Source: Takakia lepidozioides
Taxonomy: Eukaryota > Plantae > Bryophyta
Reading direction: 5' to 3'
NCBI GenBank assembly: GCA_030704615.1
Contig: CM060731.1
Location: 93,744,001 to 93,808,000 of the forward strand
DNA length: 64,000 bases
Every line of letters starts with the position of its first letter. The first letter of the stretch is position 1. A program made the position numbers and the translations under genes. The notes beneath the pieces are model-generated. The model did no database searches and was not told where the DNA came from. It worked only from the letters and a program-made list of their open reading frames with translations. Of this stretch, positions 1-12,300 are shown piece by piece.

Positions 1-1420
1 GTGATACATTTAGACATAAAACATGGCCCGTTTTGAAATAAAAAAACAGGCACAGAGGGGCCACAAACAATGTGCTTTGAAGCACACTGTTTGGGGCTTC
101 CAATTAGGGGTATTTTGAGCATGGCATATTGGCCTTTTGTGGCCCATTTTGAAGTCAAAAAACAACCGGAAAGGGGGGCCCAAACAGTGTGCGTTGCCAC
201 ACACTATTTGATGCTTCCAACTATGGGTGTTTTGAACTTGGCACACTGGCCCTGTGTGGCACATTTTGATCAAACATGGCCCATTTTGAAATAAAACAAC
301 ATGCATCGAGGGGGCCTCAAATAGTGTGCTTTGAAGCACACTGTTTGGGGCTTCCAATTAGGGGTATTTTGAGCATGGCATACTAACCCTTTGTGGCCCA
401 TTTTGAAGTCAAAAAAGAACCGGAAAGGGGGGCCCAAACAGTGTGCGTTGTCGCACACTATTTGGTGCTGCCAACTATGGGTGTTTTGAACTTGGCACAC
501 TGGCCCTGTGTGGCATATTTAGACATCAAACATGGCCCATTTTGAAATAAGAAAATAGGCACAGAGGGGGCCTCAAACAGTGTGCTTTGAAGCACACTGT
601 TTGGGGCTTCCAATTAGGGGTATTTTGAGCATGGCATACTGGCCATTTGTGGCCCATTTTGAAGTAATAAAAACAACCGGAAAGGGGGGCCCAAACAGTG
701 TGCGTTGCCGCACAGTGTTTGGTGCTTCCAACTACGGGTGTTTTGAACTTGGCACACTGGCCCTGTGTGGCACATTTGGATAAAAAAACAGGCACAGAGG
801 GGCCCCAAACAGTGTGCTTCAAAGCACACTGTTTGGGGCCTCCAATTAGGGGTATTTTGAGCATGGCATACTGGCCATTTGTGGCCCATTTTGATGTCAA
901 AAAACAACCGGAAAGGGGGGCCTAAACAGTGTGCGTTGCCGCACACTGTTTGGTGCTTCCAATTAGGGGTATTTTGTGCATGGCATACTGGCCTTTTGTG
1001 GCCCATTTTGAAGTCAGAAAACAACCGGAAGGGGGGGCCCAAACAGTGTGCGTTGCCGTACACTGTTTGGTGCTTCCAACTATGGGTGTTTTGAACTTGG
1101 CACACTGGCCCTGTGTGGCACATTTATACATCAAACATGGCCCATTTTGAAATCAAAAAATAGGCACAGAGGGGGCCTCAAATAATGTGCTTTGAAGCAC
1201 AGTGTTTGGGGCTTCCAATTAGGGGTATCTTGAGCATGGCATACTGGCCCTTTGTGGCCCATTTTGAAGTAAAAAAACAATCGGAAAGGGGGGCCCAAAC
1301 AGTGTGCGTTGCCGCACACTGTTGGTGCTTCCAACTATGGGTGTTTTGAACTTGGCACACTGGCCTACTGTGGCACATTTACACATCAAAACACAACCAG
1401 AAAGGGGGGCACAAATAGTT
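1..1420. repeat. Tandem array (about 117 and 138 bp alternating units) carrying 28-bp palindromes; upstream of transposase copy A
   Basis: AAACAGTGTGCTT-TG-AAGCACACTGTTT and AAACAGTGTGCG-TTGC-CGCACACTGTTT start at about 65, 182, 319, 436, 575, 693, 807, 924, 1041, 1180 and 1297. A 19-bp-arm palindrome lies at 801-840. Confidence 0.95.
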
Positions 1421-1587
1421 TGCATTGCCGAAACCATTGGTTGGCAGGATCAGTAGTTACCCCTGGCACTGCAGCATCGGTCATGCAACAGAAAGACACA
1501 GTTCATGTGAAACGCGAGGTGAGCATATCCAGTACATTCGTGACTCTTTCAGACTCGTCCTCGGAGGATGTTTTTGAGATTCCTCGG

Positions 1588-3656
1588 CTAGTCTAGACTC
1601 CATTCTTGGATGATGACGAATTGCAGGAGATAACGAGTGTCATTCCGAAATTGAAAGCCCTCGCAGGGGTGCCTGGGTGCAAGAGCGAGCTGCGTTTTGT
1701 TGATTGGGAGTCCCTTCGGGTGCAGAGGGTTCAATATGGAGGAGCAGAGTTTGACGGGGACATTTGTTCTCCACCCTCCCACGTCTTCCAGTGGACTAGC
1801 TGGGCTTCTGCAGGGCATGGACAAGAAACATGACGGACACGGTTCAATAGGGAGCGCACATGCCTCTTCCATTGGAGTCAATCTTTGGCACGTCATACAA
1901 AGCGTTGCATTCGACCTGACCTTCAGTTGGAGGACAGAAGGCTCTGCCTCGAGTACAAAAATGCCACCTCAATGGGAGAAGCTGAGAGCACTTACCAAGC
2001 AATCCGGGCTTGGTGGTTCTCCTCTGGTGCTGCTAGTGGGATCCAGCTGAAGGAGTTGGAGGACTCGTTGGTTTTCTGGCACTTTAGGTACAGACAGTGG
2101 GGAGCTTTCATGACGACGGTATGCCTTTTCAATCCCAGAAACACAAATTTCACTTTGCATCATGCCTGTTCCTTTGGGCTTGTTGGATTGTCACTTGCAG
2201 AACCTCCTCCATTTCTTTTTGTTCCTCACATTTGCGTTCAATGCCTTCTGCAGGACATGTCCTTGGAGGACTTGGCTGACATGCCTTCCTGTAATTTGGC
2301 GGAGACTGTTCACAACGCCTGGATGCAGCAGTCTACCCAAGCAGGACTTGACTTGTATGTTGCCACTGCCGATGACATGGTATACAACAAACCAGATACC
2401 GCAATTTTCTGATGAGACGGGGCGGAAGTAAGGGCCCTAATATGACTTTGTTGATGCTAAGGGCTACGAGCAGGTCCGGAGATCCATCAAAGATGACGAG
2501 AGCTGTGAATAGGTGCACTGAAGGCTCCCATTTGCAATCCAGGGTCCCCCATTTGGAAGGCGAGGAAACATTTGGATCATGCAAAAGGAAATTGAACACT
2601 CCTCCAGGGTCGGATGGAGATTCCTATCGCCCGGACAGGGTCAATTTCTCTGTACCTAAGGTGTCTCCGGTGCAGACTAAGTCATGTGCCCGCCCCTTCC
2701 CAGGTGGATCCTCTTCCAGTGGAGCAGGTGCAAATCATGCAAGCACAGCAGTAGGAATCCCATTGGAGGCGGTGGTGTCCTTGGTGCAAGAATCTGATTG
2801 CATGAACACTGAGTGGCATATAGAACGCACCCCACCAGGATCTAGAGTGGCTTGCATGGCAATTTGGACCCCCTCTTTCAAGAAATGCAAATCAAAAATA
2901 TGCAAAGGCTTCGGGGGGACTCCAGCTCCAACATTCACAGGGTTGTTCCGACCTTATCATAGTGGGGAGTCAAAGGATTGGAAGTTCTGGTTCTGCCCAA
3001 ACGATATGGCACGATGCGTCAAGGGAACAGTTTGTCCATCGGTGATAATGAAGCCCCCTCCGCCCGCAATTTGGCATGTGAAACTTGGGACGTCGCTGTC
3101 ATCAACCGAGATAAACATGCTGGAGGAGGGAGGGTTCCACCTTGCACGGTCTGGGGTGGTGCCCTCATGCACTCTAGGCACAGATGTGCCACATGATCCG
3201 GCAATGCCTCCACCCGGTGCCGACTCCCACCCAACAAAAAGAGATGGAAAAACAGTGCGCCATGTCGCTTCGGGTGCAGATCACGACTACAAGATGGAAT
3301 CGGCTAGAATTTTGCAGGCTCGGGTGACACGTATCACCGAAGTCCCGCCCCCGGGGTATGGACGGATTTACACAGTGTTGTCTACTGGCTCAGTTCTTCA
3401 TGGCAAAGAATATTAGGTTATCGTGGGGAATTTCCCTTCGTGCACCTGTCCGATTTTTGTAACGATGCGTGAGGGCGCTCTCGGCATGACAGGGAAGTGG
3501 GTCCCTTGCAAGCATCAATATTACATATACCTTATAATTATGTGCTGCGACAGTAAGAGAGACCAATTCATTCACCAAGCCACACTAGGCTATGGAGAGG
3601 TCATCACTCTTCTGCAGCGGGACACCTGCCGTGGGGCTCCGCCAGATTCTGTGTGA
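1588..3656 (+). pseudogene. Internally deleted Mutator-like transposase with C-terminal SWIM finger (subfamily A)
   Basis: Blocks collinear with the 9358-12950 transposase: MDKKHDGH, AIRAWWFSSGA, FWHFRYRQWG, an intron at about 2119-2251, MPSCNLAETVHNAW, FWFCPNDMARCV, and SWIM SCTCPIF..PCKHQYYI. The region carrying the first two catalytic Asp is deleted; there are frameshifts and a stop at 3416. Confidence 0.88.
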
Positions 3657-4203
3657 ACAAAAACGAGCCATGCCCACTTCCCGTGCTGGTTTCCAGCTTA
3701 TCGTGTGGAGTCTTTACATGTAGGACAACCACATACATTTCATTCGCGGAACCAGGGGGGCACAAACAGGTGTCTATCTGTGAATTGAAATAAAGTGTGA
3801 CAATCATTTTGAGCTCAAATCTGCCATATATTCATATTCCTCTTTTTGTGCAGACATGGTGCATGGTGGCCCCTTTGTTTTGTCCACGTTTGTCCACGGT
3901 AATAGGTACTCTTCCTGCAATCCTCGCCTATAGGGCCTGCTTCTCCAGCACATTTGTGCCGCTCACGCTTCCCTGAAGCGTGAGCTCAGCTCCCAGGCTC
4001 ACGGGGCTGGGCTCACGCCGTAGCTACGCTGCGATTATAGTTGAGGAGAAGATCGAGAGAGGAGATAATTGAGGGGTTCCAGTGGCGGTAAAACACTTTG
4101 ACTAAGGGCCAGATTTTGGCTTGGAGCGTGACAGAACAACAAACAATGTTTAAGGGATTCTATGATGCCTGAGGAGCAACAGGAATAGATGATGGCTTCA
4201 TGT

Positions 4204-4975
4204 CACTACTGCGATTAAGGGGGTCTAACGACGCCCACAATGATCGCGGGCTTGAGCGAGCGACGCCAGACGTGGCGGCGGGAAAGCGACGCCCGAGAAG
4301 TCGCTTTTCCAGCATCGCGGGCTAAGTCCCAACAAGCGACCCCACATGCGTCACTATTGCGAACTTTTCTTTTTTGGGTCACTTTCTGAAAGCGACCCTC
4401 TGAGATCGGTCAATGTAAGCGACACAGACGACATCGGTTTTTGGGGAGTCGCTGGTAAGCGACCCCCAAAGAGTTGCTTCCAATTTGTTTTTTTTTCGGG
4501 TCGCTTTTTGAAACCGACCCTCTGAGGGCGGTCCAGTTAAGCGACCCTTGAGAGGTCGTTGTATGCAGTTTTTTTGCGACTGGGTTCCCTCTTTAATTAT
4601 ATATATATATATATATATATTACAACCAAAAAGCGACGTCCAGGGAGTCGCTATTCAGATTTGTTCTTTGTAAAATGGAAAATGGAAAAGCAACTCCCAG
4701 AGGGTCACTCTATGAAAGCGACGGGCCGACTCCTCGGGGGTCGCTATCGCGATCGCGAATTAATAAGCCTAAACAAAAAAAGTTGATTACTTAAGTCTCT
4801 TATACCAGCGCCAAAGATGTTGCTGGAAATGAGAGCTCATTTGTGGGTCGTTTAAGTACGGCGACCCCCCTAAAGTCGCTGCGTAAATCGACCAGTAGGG
4901 GTCCAGGGCGTCGCTTGTCCATCCCATTTTATTAGAAAAATACAAAATAAAAAAGCGACCCAGAGGGAGTTCTGG
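4204..4975 (+). mobile_element. CACTA (En/Spm)-like terminus with subterminal repeats
   Basis: CACTACTGCGATT at 4204 and a second CACTATTGCGA at 4352, followed by many AGCGAC(CC)/(GG)GTCGCT motifs in both orientations. (AT)n lies at about 4597-4621. I found no matching far end. Confidence 0.6.
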
Positions 4976-5049
4976 GTGTTGTTGGGCTATGTTGATGGTT
5001 TTGTTTTTTATTTCAAAGCTATCAAGACCGGCTATAGGGATAAAGGGGG

Positions 5050-5660
5050 GCCGGTGAAGCTGGAGTGCAACTACTTCAAAACCAAATTGACCAACCAAGA
5101 GGACGTCTACCACTACGATGTACAACAATCTGAAACATTATGCGTTGACACATTCTCGCTGGATATCTGAAGGTCCTTTTCTCTTGTGTGTGATTGTACA
5201 AATTCGTATATCATCGGTGGGAATCCGGAGGCCGGTGAAGTTGGAGTGCAACTACTTCAAAACCAAATTGACCAACCAAGATGATGTCTACCAGTACGAT
5301 GTACAACAATTTGCATATGTTCCTGTCATATTGGCTTGTAATTTGGTGTGAAATTGGTTGTGTTTTGTTGTTACCCCTTTGCTGCGTTGAAACATTCTCG
5401 CTGGATATCTGAAGGTCTTTTTCTCTTGTGTGTGCTTGTACAGGTTTGTATATCAGTCGGTGGGAATCCGGAGGCCCCCGTGCCAAAAAAGATTTCCAAA
5501 GACATAATGAACAAACTCCGTAGTACTTACGAGATCAAAGAATTCATGGGAACACTTGGCGCCTATGATAAGGAGAAGAGCTTATTTATTAGCGGACCAC
5601 TTAATTCCAACGACAAGTGTTTCCAGTGTTCCTCGATGAAGAACGGGGCCCTTCCTTCGG
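5050..5660 (+). pseudogene. Argonaute (AGO4/6/9-like) N-domain exon fragments, first exon tandemly duplicated
   Basis: PVKLECNYFKTKLTNQ(E/D)DVY(H/Q)YDV occurs twice (about 5050 and 5230). It is followed by ISKDIMNKLRSTY...GAYDKEKSLFISGPL...VFLDEE, matching the ArgoN pattern NHF...YHYDV...AYDGEKSLFT.GPL. Confidence 0.8.
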
Positions 5661-5722
5661 GTTAGTCAATGTGATTTTTGTGGTTGACAATGTAGTTTGG
5701 TGTGAAGGCCTATAGATCATCA

Positions 5723-5868
5723 TTCAAAGGAAGGGCCCCGTTCAGCATCGAGGAACACTAGAAACACTTGGTCGTTGAAATTGAGTGGTCCGCTAATAAA
5801 TAAGCTCTTATCCCTATCATAGGCGCCATGCTTTCCCCTGAATTCTTTGACCCCGTAAGTACTGCATT
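5723..5868 (-). pseudogene. Inverted copy of the Argonaute exon fragment
   Basis: STYGVKEFRGKHGAYDRDKSLFISGPLNFNDQVFLVFLDAERGPSF. The reverse complement aligns with 5520-5660 with scattered mismatches. Confidence 0.85.
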
Positions 5869-6150
5869 TGTAGCAAATCATTACCTTATCACGTATCATC
5901 ATCTTGCCCACATTCTAATGCAACTTGTACAGATTAACTATTCATTTCTCGTGCACCTAAGCATCGTGCCACAACATACATCGTTGTCCAACCACGCTTC
6001 CTAGCATATAGTCCTAGAAAGCTATGCCACATAAAGAGATGAGGTGAGAGATAAGAAATGAGAACTAAGAGAAGTAGAATGCAATGGAAACTCTCTTTGC
6101 ATGAAACCACATCACACCAAGAGCACACATAAACCTCCAAATACAATCCG

Positions 6151-7525
6151 GGGGATGCTGAAGCGTGAGCGCAACGACGCTCACGCCACGTCAGCAGTTC
6201 ATGCCACATAGGCGGCCACGTCTGACTCCACGTCATCACATCCTGCCAGCTTGGTAGATGCCACGTCAAGGCAAGTTGACGTCATTTACATAGGCAGCGA
6301 CCTATAACCGCGGGCCGAAAAGGTAGAAGGGGGCCCATAGCCGCGGAATTGCGCATTCGGCACAAAGGGAACATATATGGGCGATGTTGTTGAATGATTG
6401 TGTTTGCAGAGACCAAATATACAATGGTTGTGGATGAATTCATGAGGATGATAGACAGTGAATGTGGATGCCACGCTGCGAATGTGGATGAATGTGGATG
6501 AAATCTAATGGATGAATGAGAGTGGATGAATGTACAATGAGAAAATCCCTCATGAAGCACATGATAAGATTTAACCAATGTCTGCCATTTGGGGAAAGGT
6601 GGACCGATGAAACCTATGTAGAATAAGACAACACAGTAGATGCCAGGCACATATTCCATTCTTTGATATTTTCCCACTGGTTACTGGAGCATTTTCCATG
6701 TGCAGCACGCTTCACTTTTGTTTTCCACTTCAGTGTTGACACATAGCGAGCCATTTGAGCACCACACTGGAGGAACGCACCATATCACCACACTGAAGTG
6801 GCTGTGGACTGTCAATGCGACCTGGTCGCCTTGCTAGTGAGGTACAATGTGCCAATATCCCTCGATAGAGCACCAACATTTTCAAGCTTATTCATTAGTT
6901 GTAAGCATACCCATTAAAGTTGTGCATGACGAGTTCGAGGTCTTTCACATTGTGCAACAAATTTGGACGAAACCACTTGGCAGCACATGCGTACTCTTCC
7001 TGTTTGACCCATAACCAACGTTAGGCATCAGTGTCGTGCCCTTCATCTAGCGCTGAAGCCGATAGTGCATACCTACTGCAGCCATAAGGCGAACGTTAGC
7101 TCATGCAAAAATGACAGAGTGATGCGAACTGAAGACATAAATACAGACAGAAGTCATATTTGCAAATGCATACAAGCCTTGAAATTGAGGAACGAGCGTT
7201 CAACGACATTACCAGGCATGTATGCAGGAATTGTATTACATAAATGTGTGGGAACACAATAGGTGTGGCACTTGCCAACTCTCTGAAGAAACAGTTACTC
7301 CATGCTGTCGCCTTCCACTGTCTCAAGTAATCCTCTAGAGTATCTTCGGGCAAGGTCATCGTCATCTTGTAAGCATTTAGCTGCTTCTCCAGCACCTGGT
7401 TTGCACGAGCTTCAATCTATCAAAAGACGCAATCCAAAACGTTAGAGTCCATACCAAAGAAGATCCTTATGTAAATTCAAGAAAAGACAGTCCACAAGAT
7501 TACCTAGCTCCAGTACGTGGCTTTG
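6151..7525 (-). mobile_element. End and internal fragment of a subfamily C ParB-MTase element, interrupted at 7525 by the chromovirus
   Basis: The putative terminus GGGGATGC..GCGTGAGCGC..CGCTCACGCCA is similar to the reverse complement of about 58075-58115. A (GTGGATGAAT)n tract follows. The exon LEKQLNAYKMTMTLPEDTLEDYLRQWKATAWSNCFFRELA is homologous to exon 18645-18859. Confidence 0.7.
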
Positions 7526-7857
7526 TGTCACGGCCCTTTGCCTTGAGGGCAGGGGGTCGGGACACAAGAGGGGTTGCCCCTGTGGTGGGGGCAGTGGCAG
7601 CGATAGGTATGGGGGGCTGAAGCACCCTGGAGTGCCCAAGGCACTCAAGGAGGCGGAGACGCTCACTAGGTGGAGCCCCGCACACCGGGTTGCGGTGGGG
7701 GTTGCTCCACAAGGGGTGGTGGTAGCTTAGCGGGACTTAGTGGGGGTGGCATAGGACTCACCCTGGGGCGGAGACCTCGTGGTGGGAGTCGTGGGGAGTC
7801 TTGGGACTCATCAAGGTCCATAGGGGCAGTGGTAGGTGGGCCAAGACTCACCGCGAC
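7526..7857 (+). repeat. 5' LTR, first part
   Basis: Matches the reverse complement of about 44598-44929 and continues at 22254 after the MULE insertion. Confidence 0.92.
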
Positions 7858-8059
7858 GAGGTTTGCTATTTCATGAGCATGAGCGGCATGAGCAGAGTAG
7901 TAACACAATCGGTTTTCATGAGCAGAAGAACAAATTTCGAAAATAAAAAATAATAAAAAACAATAATTTAATGCAATGTGTCAGGAAAAACAAATATATT
8001 ATTCGGCCCCTTGAAGGGAAAATTGCACTTTTGACAGTTGTGCTCATGATATTTCACTT

Positions 8060-8730
8060 ATGTGAAATCCCATGTTCCATCTACCCAATTGGCAGCTTTG
8101 AAGGAAGAACTCAGGAAGGAGTTTGAGGCTCGACTTGCCACTGAGTGTGCTAACAAGGTAGATGAGGAGGTCAATCTCAAGTTACAGCAGAGTTAGAGGA
8201 CACAAAGGTTGCTTTGCAGTTGGCCAAGAGACACCTGATTGAAGCCGGCCTCGAGTAGGACCAGTTGCATGATGCACATAAGCAACACCTATACCAAATG
8301 CAGGTGAAGAATGAGGGCAAGTTGCAAGAAGTGAATGCACTACATACAGAGTTGCAGGCAGTACATGAAAAGAGGACCATACAATGTGCTACACTCACAA
8401 CTACTCTTGAGCAAACTGCATTAGAAATTAACAGACAAGGGGAGAAATGTATGAAGGCAGAGGCAGAAATAATCGAGCAGACAAAACTCATTGTTGATAT
8501 GAAGAATACAATCTGTCGCAATGAGAATACTTTCAAGCAATACAGACAGGTTGAGGCTGACCAAGAGAGGTACATCCTGGAGTTGCAACAAACAGTCATG
8601 GTCAATAGAAATGAACTCTCTGTGGCTAACAAGGCTTGGAAGGAAGCCAATAATCTGGCTGCTGCCTATGCGAGTTTGGTTGAACCTCATGCGAAGCGCA
8701 TTGAGGCTTTACAGCAGCAGTTATATGTGT
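8060..8730 (+). pseudogene. Fragment of the coiled-coil 3' accessory ORF of the Athila/Tat-like retroelement, inside the MULE
   Basis: Collinear with about 53540-54208 (HKQ.LYQMQVK...IVDMKNTICRNE.TFKQYRQVEADQE...LVEPHAKR). Confidence 0.9.
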
Positions 8731-8767
8731 GTCCTCCGCTCATGCCAATTCCCAGCGACATGTGCAA

Positions 8768-9200
8768 ATATGGCGCCGAATTTCGCGGTAATAGGGTCCG
8801 TAACCTGAAAAAACGGCGACGTATTTCGCGGCAATAGGTCTCTCTGGCGAAAAATGGTGCCGAATTCCGCGGCTATAGGTCCCCTCATGACAGGTAATTC
8901 GGCGCCATTTTTCCAGTGCATGTTTGGACTTAGCCAGTTTTCGGCGCAAAATAGGGAAATTCGGCGCCATTTTTCCAGACACTGTACCAGTGCATGTTGG
9001 GACTTAGCCAGTTTTCGGCCCAAAAAAGAGAAATTCGGCGCCATTTTTCCAGACACGGTACCAGTGCATGTTGGGACTTAGCCAGTTTTCGGCCCCAAAA
9101 AGAGAAATTCGGCGCCATTTTCCCAAACACAGGTACCAGTGCATGTTGGGACTTAGCGAGTTTTCGGCCCCAAAAAGAGAAATTCGGCGCCATTTTTCCA
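8768..9200. repeat. About 74-bp tandem repeat with B-type palindrome variant GAAATTCGGCGCCATTTT
   Basis: Motif reference C at 8900, 8962, 9036, 9110 and 9185. The unit shares GGACTTAGCCAGTTTTCGG with the intronic array at 18930-19632. Confidence 0.93.
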
Positions 9201-9357
9201 GAAATGGCCCCACAACTGCTTCTGTTGGATCTCAGTTTGAATGGAATATTGCCTCATTCCAGGAGTTTTGGGGTGCATTTCATTACACTGCAAAAAAAAA
9301 GTCTGATACAGCAAAATGCATTTGAAAATATCCATATGGAGGATTCCGTTTGCCCCA

Positions 9358-12300
9358 TCAATGATTTCTGGAATCCCTAAGGAGGAGTTTGTGCAGCTCG
9401 TTCACGCTCAACGCCGGTGCATGAATAAAGTCATCAATAGTCACGTTCATCCTCAACCTCTTCAGGTAAATGTAATACAGATGCTTGCACGGATAATACT
9501 TCGAACCCTTCTTTGCTTCCATCAACGAGAAGTCCGTACAGTTGCAAGTCGGCTCCACTCCAATCGTAATTGTGTATACATCGTCGCGTACAGCCGAGCC
9601 GGCCGTTGCCATCCGATACACACGCCCAAGGCCGGGTGGGGGTACGTCCACGGAGCTCTGAATAGTGCAAGCCATCCCAAGAGCATTGGCAATCCGAGTC
9701 TCATTCAACTTGTTGGGAGGGTGTCGTCTCTTCACTCTTCCGAATCGCATTGTGGGATGTGCAGAATTGTCCAATCCGTCTCTACTGGACCGAGCAGTCT
9801 GCAATGGCTGGGTCTGAGGAACCGGAAATGCGTGGGCCGGGATGTCTGTGCGTTGCACCATTCGAAATCCTGCTGCAGATAGAGCATCCGCCTCATTCTG
9901 AGAGAGGCTGCAACCCGGTGCAACAGGCCAGACGCCCGGAGGCTCCGGCATTCCCTGAATCCCGTACTTGGGCTTGCCAAATACACAGGTCATTATGTCG
10001 TGCCTACAGAACCAAAATGTCTGCGTTGTGGCGTGAGCAAATGTGGGAGTCAAAAATCTGCCGCTGAAACAAGGTGCAGGTACAGCACCGTGTGGGTTCC
10101 TCCGAATCATCTCACCACAGCGTGCTCTCGTATCCACCCGGATGGCGCAACACTTCCCTCGAAATGCCGGCAATGTCCTCGCAATTCTCCACTGTGACTC
10201 CGACACTCTTGTCTCCACAATGGGAATGTTGTATTGCTTTACTACAGATGGCTCGTTATGTTGCCGGGGCACGCGCCCTGTGCTCAAAGGAGATGGCGAT
10301 CTTGAACGTGCAGGACTTCCGGTGCTCGACGAGACCTCCTCGGACAACATCACCGGACCACGAGGGAGCGTGCGAATATTCTTGTCAGCTCGCCATGAAT
10401 CCTCTTCTCCGCCAGGTGCCTCGTCAAGTCTTCGTCTCACTGGACGGGTATGAACATCTCCTTCCAAATGTTGGCCTCTTCGCAGCAATGGCGTGTCCCG
10501 AAGGCCCTCTCGCAAGGCCGCCGCCCACTTCCGAGGATTCTTCGATCTGGAGGCAGTCCGCATCAGCATTTCCTGCCTGTCCGGCCCCAAGCCCCACTGT
10601 TTCCCTTTCAAGAACTCGTTGTACCTGCATTGCTGCATAATTGACCTCACAATGTCCTCCGTTGTGGCAGTGAGGATGTCCACCAGATGCGCCGCAGAGG
10701 AGGCACGCCAGGAAGAGTGCACTGATTCGGCCATGTTTGTCGTGGGCATGTCGGTGTCGGAGTCGAGACACATTTCCTGCACAAGCACATGTTGAGGTTA
10801 CAAGCAAGTTACAAATATGGCCAAGAATAATATCCAACGGGACGCGAATTCGTGCAACTCACCTCCCGCATATAGTCGCCGAACTGGAGGAAACGATAAT
10901 GCCACCATGCTAGCCAACTGACCATTGCTCCTTCGTCTGATTTCCTTACAGCACCTGACGATGTCCACCAAGCCCGTATGCATGCAAACTGTGTCTCTGC
11001 ATCATCCAAGGTGGGAGCGCGCTTCCACGCAAGGCACATGGAACGGTGCTCCTCTCTGAAATCTGGCGCCACGAGCCTGGTTGTGTACTGCGAAAGGCTC
11101 TGCAGAAAATGGAACCCACAAGATCTCTCCTTGCCTTCCATGGGAACATTGGGGTCTTGCCCGTACACCCTTCGGATGGCAGCCCAATTTGCTTGTGCGT
11201 TGTCCGCCATGAAACCACGGAAATTGGGAGGGGGCAATCCCGCCTTGGCCATCTGTTCGTTTATTCCCTGCCAAAGAAGCATCTCCGATTGTGTGTCCTC
11301 TCCTTTCATCTCACAAATAGCAATTGTCATTAGCATCCTGCAGTGGGTGTCGTAGACATGTGCACCCATTGTCACCCACTGGTGATTTGTAATTCGCTTG
11401 ATATGGTCGAACATGACCCAACTGTTTGACAAGTTCCCACTCGTCATCCTGTCGACCAGTTCGACGCCACTGCCAGGTCCACACGTGGACATTTTGAATA
11501 CGAAACAACGATCTGCCTCAGTCCCTTGTCCTGGAAACCTACTTCCATGAATGTAGTCATATCCACATCGTCGCTTCACCTCCAGAATGGAGTGCATATC
11601 CGAGCCACGCCCAATTTTCTGTTTGCATGAGACAATGTGGTTTCGGACATTCGGTGAACATACGTGGGACACCGACTCCAGCAATGCCTCCATTTCCTTC
11701 TCGTCGAGAGGAACTCTATCGGAGCCGTCTTCCGACATAATTCTGGCCAATGCCATCTTATGGGCGGCTTGGAGCTGTATCTGTTTGGGTTTGGCACCCG
11801 GTCTCAACTTAACCTCCTCCTGAACGAGCTGCTCTGCTTCGTGGGCAGCCTCCCGCGAGTTCCCCCTCGCCAATTTGTGACAATGGGAACCAACGTGTAT
11901 GCAAGCTCGGGTGAGGTCAGGGAAACGGTGCAACACATAGAACTGCTTGGCATTACAAACAGACATGCAGTGTGGTGGTTCTTTGCAATGCGCACACTTA
12001 AATGTGGAGTTCGGAACCTTCTCCTGAGCTCGAAATGGTTGGTGAGCTGTGCCTGTCCAATCGGTCTCGTTCCTGTGACCTCTGGATTTAAAGTGGAAGC
12101 AAGTTGGGGAGAAACACCGCAACGCGCCCGCACAAACAACGTAGCGCACCCGCACACCATCAAGCATCTTCATGCTGGTGGTTTTGGTAACGCACCAAGG
12201 ATGACCGTCATGTTTTCTATCCATATCTGTCAACATTCCGGACGCCCTCGAGTAGTCCGCCCGAGGAGGGAACTCAAAGAAGATATTACCGTCGACGTCG

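Noticed and set aside
5050-5868. Functional Argonaute gene
   Set aside because: Only duplicated N-domain fragments with a frameshift are present; no PAZ, MID or PIWI domain.
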